From: Anaerolineae bacterium | Lineage (GTDB): Bacteria; Chloroflexota; Anaerolineae; JAADDB01 | Reading direction: 5' to 3' | Assembly (NCBI GenBank): GCA_015490995.1 | Contig: WFWT01000007.1 | Span: 13,671 to 77,670 of the forward strand | Length of the DNA stretch: 64,000 nucleotides | In this document: positions 49,241 through 58,626 of the stretch, in pieces | Position numbering within the stretch: the stretch's first letter is position 1 | How the letters are laid out: the number at the start of each line of letters is the position of its first letter | Position numbers and translations under genes: made by a program | The notes under the pieces: model-generated | What the model saw: the letters and a program-made list of their open reading frames with translations, nothing else | The model's database searches: none | What the model was told of the DNA's origin: nothing

Positions 49241-50125
49241 TTATCGCTTCTTCCGTCGGCGTTTGCGCGACTTACGCTTCACGTCACTGCTGCCCCCATC
49301 TGTGCCCTTTTCACGGGGCTCCGGCGTACTCCCTTCACCCACAGGGCTATTGCCACCGGTGCTCGTGCCTGCAGCAGCCGTCGCCGGTGCCAGGCTCACC
49401 TGACCGACGTAGCGGTTAACGTAAAGCTGTTGGAAAATGCCCAACACGTTGGACGTGACCCAGTAAAGGGTCAGGCCTGCGGGCACCGTGAGGGTGATGT
49501 AGAAAAACAGCACGCTCATAATCCACATCATCTGGTTCATCATTTGGGCCTGCGGGTTATCACTGGCGGGAGTTTGGGCCGTCGCCAGCTTCTGCGTCAG
49601 GACCTGGGTTACGGCCAGCAACACAGGCAGGACCAGATAACGCAACGCCATGTCCCAGCCGACGGATGGGGGCAGTGGCCACAACCAGGAGAGGCCCTGC
49701 TCAATGTCGGGGAAGGCGAGATCGGGAATCCAGAAGAAACCCTGGTTGACCAGCCGACCGGTATCCGCCAAGTCCCGAATCGCGTAGTAAAACCCCAACA
49801 AAATAGGAAATTGCACCAAAAGGGGCAAACACCCTCCCCATGGAGTGACGCCGTGCTCCTGATACAGGCGCTGTTGCTCCATGAGGAGCTTTTGCTGGTC
49901 GTTTTTGTACTTCTTTTTGAGGGCCTCCACCTGCGGCTGCAATTCCTGCATCTTCTTCATGTTGGCCATGGATTTGACGGTCAGGGGTAACATAAGCAGC
50001 CGCAGGAACACGGTGACCCCAATGATGGCAAAGCCGTACGCGTAAGGCAGGCCCACACCGGTAAACAGGCCGTAAAACAACTCCAGCAAGAAAATCAGCG
50101 GCTTAACGAAGATCGTGTAAAACAT
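49241..50125 (-). CDS. yidC: Membrane protein insertase YidC/Oxa1 (short form)
   Basis: Five TM helices with the YidC core, and a basic C-terminal tail (KRKSRKRRRKKR). Confidence 0.9.
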   Translation of the reverse strand: MFYTIFVKPLIFLLELFYGLFTGVGLPYAYGFAIIGVTVFLRLLMLPLTVKSMANMKKMQELQPQVEALKKKYKNDQQKLLMEQQRLYQEHGVTPWGGCLPLLVQFPILLGFYYAIRDLADTGRLVNQGFFWIPDLAFPDIEQGLSWLWPLPPSVGWDMALRYLVLPVLLAVTQVLTQKLATAQTPASDNPQAQMMNQMMWIMSVLFFYITLTVPAGLTLYWVTSNVLGIFQQLYVNRYVGQVSLAPATAAAGTSTGGNSPVGEGSTPEPREKGTDGGSSDVKRKSRKRRRKKR

Positions 50126-50163
50126 CGTCCGGCGACTCCGTTTCTGTTAAAGAATGAGGGGGC

Positions 50164-50373
50164 TCAGGGCACCGGGTCATACCCCCCGGGGTGGAACGGA
50201 TGGCAACGGGCCACGCGCTTAACACCCAACCACGTCCCCTTTAACACACCGTACTTCTCAATGGCCTCATAGGTGTACTGCGAACAGGTAGGGGTGTAAC
50301 GACAGCTGGGCGGGAACATAGGTGAAACAAACCGTTGATAGAACCGGAGCACGGCCAGCACAATACCTTTCAC
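50164..50373 (-). CDS. yidD: Membrane protein insertion efficiency factor YidD
   Basis: ...[66 protein letters not shown]. The start is the GTG at 50373, a GTGA overlap with the rnpA stop. The track ORF is longer, but no in-frame Met precedes the conserved region. Confidence 0.75.
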   Translation of the reverse strand: MKGIVLAVLRFYQRFVSPMFPPSCRYTPTCSQYTYEAIEKYGVLKGTWLGVKRVARCHPFHPGGYDPVP

Positions 50374-50786
50374 CTTCTCTTTCCCCCACCGTTCACGTTC
50401 ACATGTTGTGGTGTTTTCGGCTCGGCCATAGCTGTCGACGGGCCTGGCTCGGACACCCACAGGTCGGCCTGGCGGAGCAAGGACTCCACCGCGGACACCA
50501 ATTCCGCGTGGGATGCCTGCACAATGGGTCGACGGGCAATCCATACAAGATCGTACCCGGGCCGGATGTTATTTTGCCGCTGGCGCACAATTTCGCGCAA
50601 ACGTCGTTTTGCGCGGTTACGTACCGTGGCTTTGCCTATCCGACGGCTCACCGAAAAGCCAAACCGACTGAAAGGCAGCCCATTGGGGAGCACGCACAAC
50701 ACACAAAGGGGGTGAGCCCAGCACCGGCCCTCCCCCCGTACTTGCTGAAAACGTCGGTGGTCACGCAACCGGTACTTGCGCTTCAC
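50370..50786 (-). CDS. rnpA: Ribonuclease P protein component
   Basis: [16 protein letters not shown]...[18 protein letters not shown] (the RNR motif). Confidence 0.85.
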   Translation of the reverse strand: MKRKYRLRDHRRFQQVRGEGRCWAHPLCVLCVLPNGLPFSRFGFSVSRRIGKATVRNRAKRRLREIVRQRQNNIRPGYDLVWIARRPIVQASHAELVSAVESLLRQADLWVSEPGPSTAMAEPKTPQHVNVNGGGKRR

Positions 50787-50819
50787 CGGTCAGCTGGCCC
50801 GCCCCATGCACCTGGAACC

Positions 50820-50957
50820 TCACACCGTCAACCGCTTGCGACCCTTCAACCGCCGGCGCTTCAGCACACGACGCCCACCCGGCGTGCGCATCCGCGCCCG
50901 AAATCCATGGGTCTTCGCCCGCTTGCGCTTCTTCGGCTGGTATGTTCGCTTCGGCAT
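50820..50957 (-). CDS. rpmH: 50S ribosomal protein L34
   Basis: [45 protein letters not shown] is the canonical L34 sequence. The track ORF is longer; the true start is the internal Met. Confidence 0.9.
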   Translation of the reverse strand: MPKRTYQPKKRKRAKTHGFRARMRTPGGRRVLKRRRLKGRKRLTV

Positions 50958-51107
50958 AGGCTCACTCCTTGCCCTTTCTGCTCCGCGATGTACGTTTAGA
51001 CGTCTGCTTCTGGCCCTCTCCGGCGCTACGCATTCCCATCGCTCCACGCCCTGGGGCCATGCCCCTCATCACCCGGGGCCCAAGCCCCCACGGCGAACAG
51101 GACCACG

Positions 51108-51141
51108 ACATAAAAGGTGGGGGACGTGGACGTCCCCCACC
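51108..51141 (-). terminator. Perfect 11-bp-stem hairpin (GGTGGGGGACG-TGGA-CGTCCCCCACC) flanked by an A4/T4 run; likely terminator for the DUF4013 gene on the minus strand
   Basis: A palindrome seen in the sequence between the DUF4013 stop (51215) and the rpmH start (50957). On the minus strand it is followed by TTTTATGTC. Confidence 0.45.
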
Positions 51142-51214
51142 CGACACTGTGCGATTATACGCGGTAATCCCTGCCACTGTCAAAAAGCCATGGCATCACC
51201 GCGTGCACAATCCT

Positions 51215-51922
51215 TCAGGCGGGGGCGACCTCCTCCAGGGTGGATCCTGCCCGGGTCAGCCGGCCCAACTGCCCTACCAGATGCCCCTCCACCCACAGGT
51301 ACCACACCGACGTGACCAAGAAACCGACACCACACAGGAGCAAGCCCACCAGTGAAGCCACAACGTTGGTAATCCACAACACCACTGCAATCAGCACCAC
51401 CGTGCCCAGATGTGCCTTGAAGATCCGCAAGACCTGGCCCACGTTCAAAGCAGCGGCCACCCGTCGCTCCGCCGCGATCTGCCACATCAGAACCGGCGTG
51501 AGCAAAGCGACAAACAGGCTGTACAACAGCGCGGGCAACCCCAAACACACCATGGCAATCGCCAGCACCACGGCCAACGCACCCTCATCACCGGACACCA
51601 GCAAGGACAACACCAACACCGGCAGCAGCAGGAACAGCGCGGGCAGGCTCCAGACAAACACCGCCAGCGCGAAACGTACCCCGTCCACCAGCATCGCGCC
51701 CATCTGCTCCCACCGAGGCAACGGTACATCCCGTCCCTCCGCCACGTTGCGAGCCACCGCGATGCTGTATCCGGTCAAAATGAAAAACGCCACCACCCCC
51801 ACCAACACAATGCTGAAGACAAAACCGAACAGGAGTATCAACACCCCCAACAACAGCTTAACAATCCACTCCCCGTCCTCAAAGCCAAAGGTGTACGCAC
51901 GACCGATGTCCAAGCCTGCCAT
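51215..51922 (-). CDS. DUF4013 family membrane protein
   Basis: MAGLDIGRAYTFGFEDGEWIVKLLLGVLILLFGFVFSIVLVGVVAFFILTGYSIAVARNVAEG matches the DUF4013 N-terminus. The track ORF extends about 145 codons further upstream; that stretch is Arg-rich and low-complexity and is likely non-coding. The start coordinate may be off by 1 nt. Confidence 0.6.
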   Translation of the reverse strand: MAGLDIGRAYTFGFEDGEWIVKLLLGVLILLFGFVFSIVLVGVVAFFILTGYSIAVARNVAEGRDVPLPRWEQMGAMLVDGVRFALAVFVWSLPALFLLLPVLVLSLLVSGDEGALAVVLAIAMVCLGLPALLYSLFVALLTPVLMWQIAAERRVAAALNVGQVLRIFKAHLGTVVLIAVVLWITNVVASLVGLLLCGVGFLVTSVWYLWVEGHLVGQLGRLTRAGSTLEEVAPA

Positions 51923-52247
51923 GGCACTCCCTCCTCCACAACCCAGGATCGACAATCCTCCCGCCCGGCATGAGGCCCCAATGCCGCTCCCGGTCCTATG
52001 CCGTGGGAACGCCCGCGCGAGGAAGGTGTTGTCGTCCGGCAACCCCGTCCGATAGTATACCACACGCGGCCTTTTCCCCCAAGCCGTTGTTAAACCTAGC
52101 CTGACGGTTTCACAACGCAAACCAAACACTTTTCTTGAAACAGATGCACACATCGGCCCAAACGTCCCCACGGTTTGTCCTCCCGCGCGCTGGGGATGGT
52201 ATACTCTTGCGACACATGCCCACCTCAGGGCGAAAGGGAGGACCGCT

Positions 52248-52700
52248 ATGGAACGCACGTTTGTCATGATCAAGCCGGATGGCGTACAGCGAGGTCTGGT
52301 CGGCGAAATCATCGCGCGCTTTGAACGTCGCGGGCTCAAACTCGTGGCCCTGCGCATGCAACAGGTGAGTCCATCCCTGGCCGAACAACACTACGCCGTG
52401 CACAAAGGAAAACCCTTTTATGAGAAGCTCATCCGGTACATCACCTCCGGTCCTGTGGTCGCCATGGTGCTGGAAGGCCCCAATGCCATCCAGGTGGTAC
52501 GCAACATGGTAGGTGCCACGGACCCTCAAAACGCCGGCCCGGGCACGATTCGCGGGGACTTCGCAATAGAAATCGGTCGCAACCTGATCCATGCCTCTGA
52601 CGGTCCGGAAACCGCTACCTTTGAAATCGCGCTCTGGTTCGGTGAAGACGCCTTGGTGGAATGGGATTGGGGGCTCAACGCGTGGATTCTGGAAAGGTAA
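52248..52700 (+). CDS. ndk: Nucleoside diphosphate kinase
   Basis: [21 protein letters not shown]...NLIHASDG (active-site His region). GGGAGG RBS. Confidence 0.93.
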   Translation: MERTFVMIKPDGVQRGLVGEIIARFERRGLKLVALRMQQVSPSLAEQHYAVHKGKPFYEKLIRYITSGPVVAMVLEGPNAIQVVRNMVGATDPQNAGPGTIRGDFAIEIGRNLIHASDGPETATFEIALWFGEDALVEWDWGLNAWILER

Positions 52701-53458
52701 AGGGAAGCGGAGCCTCTCCAACGCACCAAAGGGATCGCCTGCCCCGGGTTGTTGCCCTGACCGGGGCAGGTATTTCCGCGCCTTCAGGGGTGCCCACATT
52801 CCGGGGAGACGAAGGCCTCTGGCGCCGGCACGACCCCCGGCAACTGGCCACACCGGAGGCCTTCGCCCGGGACCCCCGCCTGGTCTGGGAATGGTACGAC
52901 TGGCGCCGCCAGCGCATTGTCACGTGTGAACCCAACGCTGCCCACTACACCCTGGTGGAGATGGAACGCGCGCTCCCCCCTGGACACATGGCCGTCATCA
53001 CCCAAAACGTGGATGGGCTTCACCAGAAAGCGGGGTCCCGCAACCTGCTGCCACTGCACGGCGATATCTGGACTGTCCGCTGCGTGCAGTGCGGTTACCG
53101 TGCGGAGGACCGCCGCGTACCTTTGCCGGAGCTTCCCCCCCGTTGTCCACGCTGCAACGGCCTGTTACGGCCGGATGTCGTCTGGTTCGGCGAAGCATTG
53201 CCCTACACGGTGCTCAACCAGGCGTTTGCGGTCGTCCAGGCCGCGGATTACATGCTGGTCATCGGCACATCTGCCGTCGTCCAACCCGCCGCCAGCCTGG
53301 CCGTGGTGGCCCAACGCCACGGCGCCCAGCTCGTGGAGTTCAACATCGAACCCACCCCCCTCTCCGAGATCGCGGATGAGGTTGTTCTGGGCTCGGTGGA
53401 CGAGACCCTCCCCATCTGGTGGGCCGAGATGGCCCAACGGTGGGGCATCAAGCGGTGA
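52661..53458 (+). CDS. cobB: NAD-dependent protein deacylase (Sir2/CobB family)
   Basis: [20 protein letters not shown]...[13 protein letters not shown], and a Zn ribbon (CVQCG...CPRCNG). The start is ambiguous: ATG at 52661 or GTG at 52682 overlap the ndk 3' end, and no canonical start follows the ndk stop. Confidence 0.85.
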   Translation: MGLGAQRVDSGKVKGSGASPTHQRDRLPRVVALTGAGISAPSGVPTFRGDEGLWRRHDPRQLATPEAFARDPRLVWEWYDWRRQRIVTCEPNAAHYTLVEMERALPPGHMAVITQNVDGLHQKAGSRNLLPLHGDIWTVRCVQCGYRAEDRRVPLPELPPRCPRCNGLLRPDVVWFGEALPYTVLNQAFAVVQAADYMLVIGTSAVVQPAASLAVVAQRHGAQLVEFNIEPTPLSEIADEVVLGSVDETLPIWWAEMAQRWGIKR

Positions 53459-53479
53459 GGGGATAGCTCGACCCGGCGT

Positions 53480-53863
53480 TCAGGGCACTTTGACGACTAC
53501 CGGCGCATCGGCCCACAGCCCTTCTAAGTCGTAATACGCCCGCTTCTCCGGCGCGAACACGTGCACCACCACATCCCCATAGTCCATGATAATCCACCCC
53601 CCCTCAGGTACGCCCTGCACGCTAAGGGGAAGCACACCCATCTCCGCTTTCACGCGCGCCACAATCTCGTCCACCACCGCGCGAGACTGACGTTCAGAGG
53701 TGGTTGTCCCAATGAGGAAGTAATCCGTAACAATAGTGACGGGGCGCATATCAAGGAGGACAATATCCTGGGCCTGCTTTTCCTCGAAGATTTCGAGGAT
53801 GCGGTGGGCCAAAGCCAAGGCGTCATGCACTGCCACCGATATGGCTTGCTCTGTCGTTTGCAT
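53480..53863 (-). CDS. rsfS: Ribosome silencing factor RsfS (Iojap family)
   Basis: ...DIVLLDMRPVTIVTDYFLIGTTTSERQSRAVVDEIV...GGWIIMDYGDVVVHVFAPEKRAYYDLEGLW. Confidence 0.85.
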   Translation of the reverse strand: MQTTEQAISVAVHDALALAHRILEIFEEKQAQDIVLLDMRPVTIVTDYFLIGTTTSERQSRAVVDEIVARVKAEMGVLPLSVQGVPEGGWIIMDYGDVVVHVFAPEKRAYYDLEGLWADAPVVVKVP

Positions 53864-53993
53864 ACCAGGCTTCATTCCCTCCTTTCGTGAATGAACCGGT
53901 GCCTCCACACGATGAAAATACCCCTTCTATTTTATCCTAGAGCCCCTTTGGGAGCAACTCGTCCCCTCTGGGCCCTAACCTGGTCCACCACGG

Positions 53994-54836
53994 TCATGAC
54001 AACACGTCGATCGCGGCGCGACGTACCAGCACACCGGCCATGGCCTGACGGTAGGCAGCACTCGCCCGCCAGTTGTCGGGCACGGCCACGCTTGCCCGCA
54101 CTCGAGCTTCTACCTGGTCCCAATCCTCTCGCGCCTCCAGGAGAGCTTCTACATCCGGCAAGCGCTGGGGCAGCATGTCCGTCCCGCCCACTGCTACCCG
54201 CACGAGCTGACCCGCTGGCCCTTCACCGGCGGCTACCACCGCGCAGAGCAACGCCATATCCCTCGGGGTGCGCCCCACTCGGTGTAAACTGGCCCGCCAA
54301 GTTTGGGTGAACTCGGGCACGTGCACTGCCGCAATGAGGCACTTTTCCTCCTGGGGAGTACGCCGTGCCCACTCGGTGAGCAACACCTCACGAGGGCGGT
54401 CCCGGTCGGCCGGGGTGTAATACACCACCCGAGCCTCGAGGGCAGCCAACACCGCTCCCAACTCGTTGCTGCGCGTCAGGTCAGCCAGAATCCCCCCCAC
54501 CGTGATCTGGTGCCGCTGTACCTGAGGCGCTATCCCGTGGGCAGCCGAGGCCAACACTCCACCCGCCCACGAACGCAACACGGCTGCTGTGACCAGATCC
54601 TCCAACGGGGTGACGGCACCGATGCGCAGGGCCCCGTCTGCCACCTGGACGTAACGCCACCCCATCTCGGAGAGGTCTATGAGCACCTCTGCACCCGCGA
54701 CCTTATCGGCCAACAACGACATTCCCCCGGCCAGCGGGAGGACCTGTACATCCCCGCGCGCGAGATGGGCCAACGCTTCGGCCACAGTACGGGGGTGCAC
54801 CACGGTGCGCACATCCAACGGGTTCACCAGAGTCAT
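53994..54836 (-). CDS. FAD-binding subunit of a molybdopterin (xanthine dehydrogenase / CO dehydrogenase family) enzyme, CoxM/CutM-like
   Basis: FAD_binding_5-like N-terminus (VHPRTVAEALAHLARGDVQVLPLAGGMSLL...) and a CO_deh_flav_C-like C-terminus. No large (Mo) or small (2Fe-2S) subunit gene is adjacent. Confidence 0.7.
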   Translation of the reverse strand: MTLVNPLDVRTVVHPRTVAEALAHLARGDVQVLPLAGGMSLLADKVAGAEVLIDLSEMGWRYVQVADGALRIGAVTPLEDLVTAAVLRSWAGGVLASAAHGIAPQVQRHQITVGGILADLTRSNELGAVLAALEARVVYYTPADRDRPREVLLTEWARRTPQEEKCLIAAVHVPEFTQTWRASLHRVGRTPRDMALLCAVVAAGEGPAGQLVRVAVGGTDMLPQRLPDVEALLEAREDWDQVEARVRASVAVPDNWRASAAYRQAMAGVLVRRAAIDVLS

Positions 54837-55301
54837 AGAGAGCTCACCTCCTGCCGTACCGTTTTCGTTGATCTTTCACCGGGTTGACCGACCCGTCCCC
54901 ATCCGTTCACAGGCCGGTTGGGAACGGCGAAAAGAAGGGAAGCTTTTCTGGGTGCTGGGCTTCGTCCGGCGCCCAGAAAAAACCTTCCTCCTATGGTTAC
55001 CTCCCCAGGGCAACGTCTTGTCGGTCAACCAGGGCCTTTCACTATAACCGGTTTTTGCGCCTCAGGCCAATTTCCCGCGTTCCCGCTCACGGACCGAAGG
55101 ACCACCGGGACCATGGACCAACGCGTCCGGCTACCACCACCTGGCTAAAGCTGTTTCCGCTGCCCTTAACACGCCCACGCTGTACCGCCACCGCACGGCC
55201 CCACGGCCACGACAACGCCTTAGAGGGTCTGTACAATCGGACGACCCAGACCTCAAGTGTGATCCAGCCTGCTGCGCGGCTCTATACCATAGTGCCCAAA
55301 C

Positions 55302-55329
55302 TTGACACACGTGGTATCCACGATATAAT
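55302..55329 (+). promoter_or_regulatory. Candidate promoter for lacI (TTGACA-16nt-TATAAT)
   Basis: TTGACA at 55302-55307 and TATAAT at 55324-55329, about 70 nt upstream of the lacI ATG. Confidence 0.45.
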
Positions 55330-55344
55330 AAGAGTCACCTGAAT

Positions 55345-55358
55345 CGAACCGTTTCGAT
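55345..55358. promoter_or_regulatory. Candidate LacI-family operator TCGAACCGTTTCGA, one mismatch from the perfect palindrome at 56539 and embedded in the longer inverted repeat AACCGTT-tcgat-AACGGTT (55348-55366)
   Basis: Seen in the sequence between the predicted lacI promoter and the lacI start codon. This position is typical of an autoregulatory operator. Confidence 0.45.
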
Positions 55359-55398
55359 AACGGTTATCCCCCCTATTCGCCAGGAGGCTATAGCGCAT

Positions 55399-56430
55399 AT
55401 GGCTGTCACTATCCGTGATGTTGCCCGGAGGGCAGGTGTGTCCGTTTCCACGGCATCGGCAGCGCTCAACAACAAGCCCTTCGTCAGCCCTCAAACACGT
55501 GCCCGGGTCCTACAGGCGGCTCTGGAGCTGAACTACCACGTCAACCGGATGGCCCGCAATCTGGCTATGGGCCGCACATTCCAGATCGGCCTGCTTATCC
55601 CTGCCTTGCTGGAACACACCTTTTCGGCCAGCCACTTCTTCAACCAGCTGATGCGGGGCATCTACGGGGCCTGTCGCCCGGAGGATTACTCCCTGGTCCT
55701 CTTTGCGGTCGAGAACGAAGACGATTTAACGCGCCAGATGACGCATTGGGCACACGGCCGTTCTGTGGACGGGTTTATCATCACCCACCCCACCTGGGAA
55801 ATGCCCTACAGGGAGGTGCTGGAGCAAAGCGGACTACCCTACGTTGTCATTGGGCGACCGCCCGACAAGGACGCGTCCCGGGTGCTCTTTGTGGACAACG
55901 ACAACGTACAGGTCGCCTACGATGCCACAGCTTATCTGCTGGCCAGGGGGCACCGTCGCATCCTTTTCGTCAACGGGCCCTCGCGGTACACGTATGCCCA
56001 CGACCGCAACGAAGGGTACCGTCGCGCGCTGCACACATACGGTGTGCCGGTGGATGAACGTCTCCTGGTGGAGGCGGAGTTGACCTTCGTTGATGGTTAC
56101 CGGGTAGTGGACGCGTTGTGTGGCCAGGTGACGTTTAGCGCCGTGGTGGTGCTAAACCCCATGCAGGCGCTGGGAGTGATGCACGCTCTGGCCAAGCATG
56201 GGTGCAGGGTGCCCGAGGATGTGGCTGCCATCACCACCGATTGCGAGATGGCCAAGTACATGCACCCCCCTCTCACGGCGGTAGACATTCAGCCGTACCA
56301 GCTAGGATACCACGCTGCTACCATTTTGTTGCAGCTCCTGGCGGGTGAACCCACCGCACCCCGCATCATCCCCCATGCCCTCGTGGAGCGCGCGTCCACC
56401 CGCCGCATGGTGGCACAGGCACACCGTTAA
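55399..56430 (+). CDS. LacI-family transcriptional regulator
   Basis: N-terminal HTH (VTIRDVARRAGVSVSTASAALNN) plus a periplasmic-binding-protein-like sugar-binding domain. Confidence 0.9.
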   Translation: MAVTIRDVARRAGVSVSTASAALNNKPFVSPQTRARVLQAALELNYHVNRMARNLAMGRTFQIGLLIPALLEHTFSASHFFNQLMRGIYGACRPEDYSLVLFAVENEDDLTRQMTHWAHGRSVDGFIITHPTWEMPYREVLEQSGLPYVVIGRPPDKDASRVLFVDNDNVQVAYDATAYLLARGHRRILFVNGPSRYTYAHDRNEGYRRALHTYGVPVDERLLVEAELTFVDGYRVVDALCGQVTFSAVVVLNPMQALGVMHALAKHGCRVPEDVAAITTDCEMAKYMHPPLTAVDIQPYQLGYHAATILLQLLAGEPTAPRIIPHALVERASTRRMVAQAHR

Positions 56431-56455
56431 CCTCGCCGCTTCCGGCGAGGTTAAC
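56426..56455 (+). terminator. 13-bp-stem hairpin GTTAACCTCGCCG-cttc-CGGCGAGGTTAAC overlapping the lacI stop codon (terminator or attenuator; no U-tract)
   Basis: Perfect inverted repeat seen in the sequence. Confidence 0.45.
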
Positions 56456-56538
56456 CCAACAGGGAAGGGCACCATGAGCCCTCCCCCAACAGAAAGGAGG
56501 TGAGAGTACACGGCGGAGTTTTAATTTTTCGCCCACTA

Positions 56539-56552
56539 TCGAACCGGTTCGA
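56539..56552. promoter_or_regulatory. Perfect 14-bp palindrome TCGAACCGGTTCGA; candidate LacI operator upstream of the ABC transporter operon
   Basis: It lies about 60 nt upstream of the SBP start at 56613. It is identical, except for one base, to the site between the lacI promoter and lacI. Confidence 0.5.
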
Positions 56553-56612
56553 AGTTGTTTTACGTTCATCCCCCGGCGGTGACGGTGCATCTTGCAAAAG
56601 GAGGAGGACGCG

Positions 56613-58523
56613 ATGCGCGGAATGTGGCCTTTGCGGTGGTCGCGGTACTACGCCTTGGTGGCAGTACTGGTGGTCATGGTAATGGTGTTGGCAGCGTGCC
56701 CTGCGGGACAAACCCCGGCACCGGCAGAGAAACCCGCACAACCGGAGCAGCCCACACAGGCCGTAGAGAAACCACCGACACCCACCCCGAAACCTGAAAA
56801 GGAGGAAGCGCCCACCCCCGCCGCGGCAGAGGAGAAGGATTACATCAACGCGCCGCGCGAGCGCACGCTGATCTTCGACATCGACGGCGGCCGCGTCGCA
56901 GACCCAACCAACTGGAACCCCTTCACACCAGGCCGACGCATGGACCAAGGATACCATCAGGCCGTCCTGGAACCCCTCTTTATCCTGAACTACCAGACCG
57001 GTGAGTTCATCCCCTGGTTAGGCGAAAGCTTTGAACCCAACGACGCGCAGGACGTTTGGACGCTGAAACTGCGCAAGGGTGTGTACTGGTCTGACGGGGA
57101 GCCCTTCAACGCGGATGATGTGGTGTTCACCATTACCATGCTGAAGGAAAACGCGCCGGAACTGGAAGGCTCCGCGGCTATGGACCAGTGGGTCGACCGG
57201 GTAGAGAAGGTGGACGATTACACCGTGCGCTTCTACCTGACCAAGCCCAACCCTCGCTTCCAGCTGGATTACTTCTCGGTCAAGATCTGGGGCGGCATCA
57301 ACATTGTCCCCGAGCACATTTGGCGGGATAAAGATCCCCTGACCTTCAAATTCTACGATCCTGAGAAGGGTTGGCCGGTGGGGACCGGGCCCTACAAGCT
57401 AGTGAGCGCCAGCCCCACGGAGTTCATCTACGTGCGCGACGACAACTGGTGGGGGGCGAAAACCGGCTTCAAGCCCCTGCCCGCACCGGAAAAGCTCATC
57501 TGGACCTGGGCCGGACCGGAAGAGAACCGGGCCGCGCTGATGGCCGAGGGACAACTGGACAGCCTGATGGACATCACCCTGGGAGCCCTCCTCGCCTTGA
57601 AGCAGCGCAACCCCAACGTTATCACCTGGTTTGAAGACCTACCCTACGCTTGGGTACCCGACCCATGCTCCCGCACCTTCGAGGTGAACAACGCCATTGA
57701 ACCGTGGAATGACCCCGAAATGCGCTGGGCCCTCAACTACGCCATCAACCGCGATCAAATTGTCCAGATCGCTTATGAAGGCACTACCCTCAAGTCCCGC
57801 CACTTCTTCCCGGCATATCCTCCCCTCGAAAAACTGGTCGACAAAGCCATCGAGGCCGGCGCTTGGAACCTTGACCAGCTTTGGGAGTATAATCCCGATA
57901 AGGCGAAACAGATCATTGAATCCAAGGGGTACACACTCAACAGCCGCGGGTATTACGAGAAGGACGGCAAGGAGCTGACCCTGGAGATCACCACCCACGA
58001 GGCCTTCATCGAGAAACAGCGCATCGCCCAGGTGATCGTGGAGCAGCTCCAGGCCATCGGGATCAACGCCACCCACCGCAACGAGGCTGGCGGTACCTGG
58101 AATGAAAACTTCGCCTTCGGCCGCTTCGAGGCCCGGGTGGGATGGCAGACCTGCGGTTCGGTGAACGAGCCGTGGGCCTCTCTGGACCGCTTCAACGTAC
58201 GGTGGCTGGTGCCTATCGGCGAACGGGCCACCGGCAACCAGTGGCGCTGGAGCGGCCCTGGGGCCGAGGAGTACAGCAAGCTGGTTGACGAAATGGGGAG
58301 CCTGCCCCTGGGTGACCCGCGGGTGGAAGAGCTCTTCATCGAGGCCATGAAGATCTGGTTCAAGGAGCTCCCGGTCATCCCCGTCACCCAGGCCAAGAAG
58401 ATCATCCCCTTCGACACTACCTACTGGACGGGGTGGCCTACCGCGGAGAACGATTACATCCACCCACCCACCTGGTGGCAGAGCACCCACGTGATCATTC
58501 ACAACCTGAAGCCGACGAAGTGA
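56613..58523 (+). CDS. ABC transporter substrate-binding protein, family 5 (Opp/Dpp type). It probably binds an oligosaccharide or glycoside, given the locus context.
   Basis: Lipoprotein-type signal peptide ([29 protein letters not shown]) and a Pro/Glu-rich linker, followed by an SBP_bac_5 fold. AAAGGAGGAGG RBS. Confidence 0.88.
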   Translation: MRGMWPLRWSRYYALVAVLVVMVMVLAACPAGQTPAPAEKPAQPEQPTQAVEKPPTPTPKPEKEEAPTPAAAEEKDYINAPRERTLIFDIDGGRVADPTNWNPFTPGRRMDQGYHQAVLEPLFILNYQTGEFIPWLGESFEPNDAQDVWTLKLRKGVYWSDGEPFNADDVVFTITMLKENAPELEGSAAMDQWVDRVEKVDDYTVRFYLTKPNPRFQLDYFSVKIWGGINIVPEHIWRDKDPLTFKFYDPEKGWPVGTGPYKLVSASPTEFIYVRDDNWWGAKTGFKPLPAPEKLIWTWAGPEENRAALMAEGQLDSLMDITLGALLALKQRNPNVITWFEDLPYAWVPDPCSRTFEVNNAIEPWNDPEMRWALNYAINRDQIVQIAYEGTTLKSRHFFPAYPPLEKLVDKAIEAGAWNLDQLWEYNPDKAKQIIESKGYTLNSRGYYEKDGKELTLEITTHEAFIEKQRIAQVIVEQLQAIGINATHRNEAGGTWNENFAFGRFEARVGWQTCGSVNEPWASLDRFNVRWLVPIGERATGNQWRWSGPGAEEYSKLVDEMGSLPLGDPRVEELFIEAMKIWFKELPVIPVTQAKKIIPFDTTYWTGWPTAENDYIHPPTWWQSTHVIIHNLKPTK

Positions 58524-58626
58524 GGCTTCCCCGGAGTGGCCCTCCTAAGCCGGAGGGCCACTCCCCCTTCCCTTTTCGCCGGCTAACGGAACCGACTGGG
58601 CCAACAGGAAGGAGGCTGAAAACCCG

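Noticed and set aside
54884-55342. 152-aa plus-strand ORF in the CoxM/lacI intergenic region
   Set aside because: It has Pro/Arg/Thr-rich low-complexity translation, overlaps the predicted lacI promoter, and lacks an RBS.
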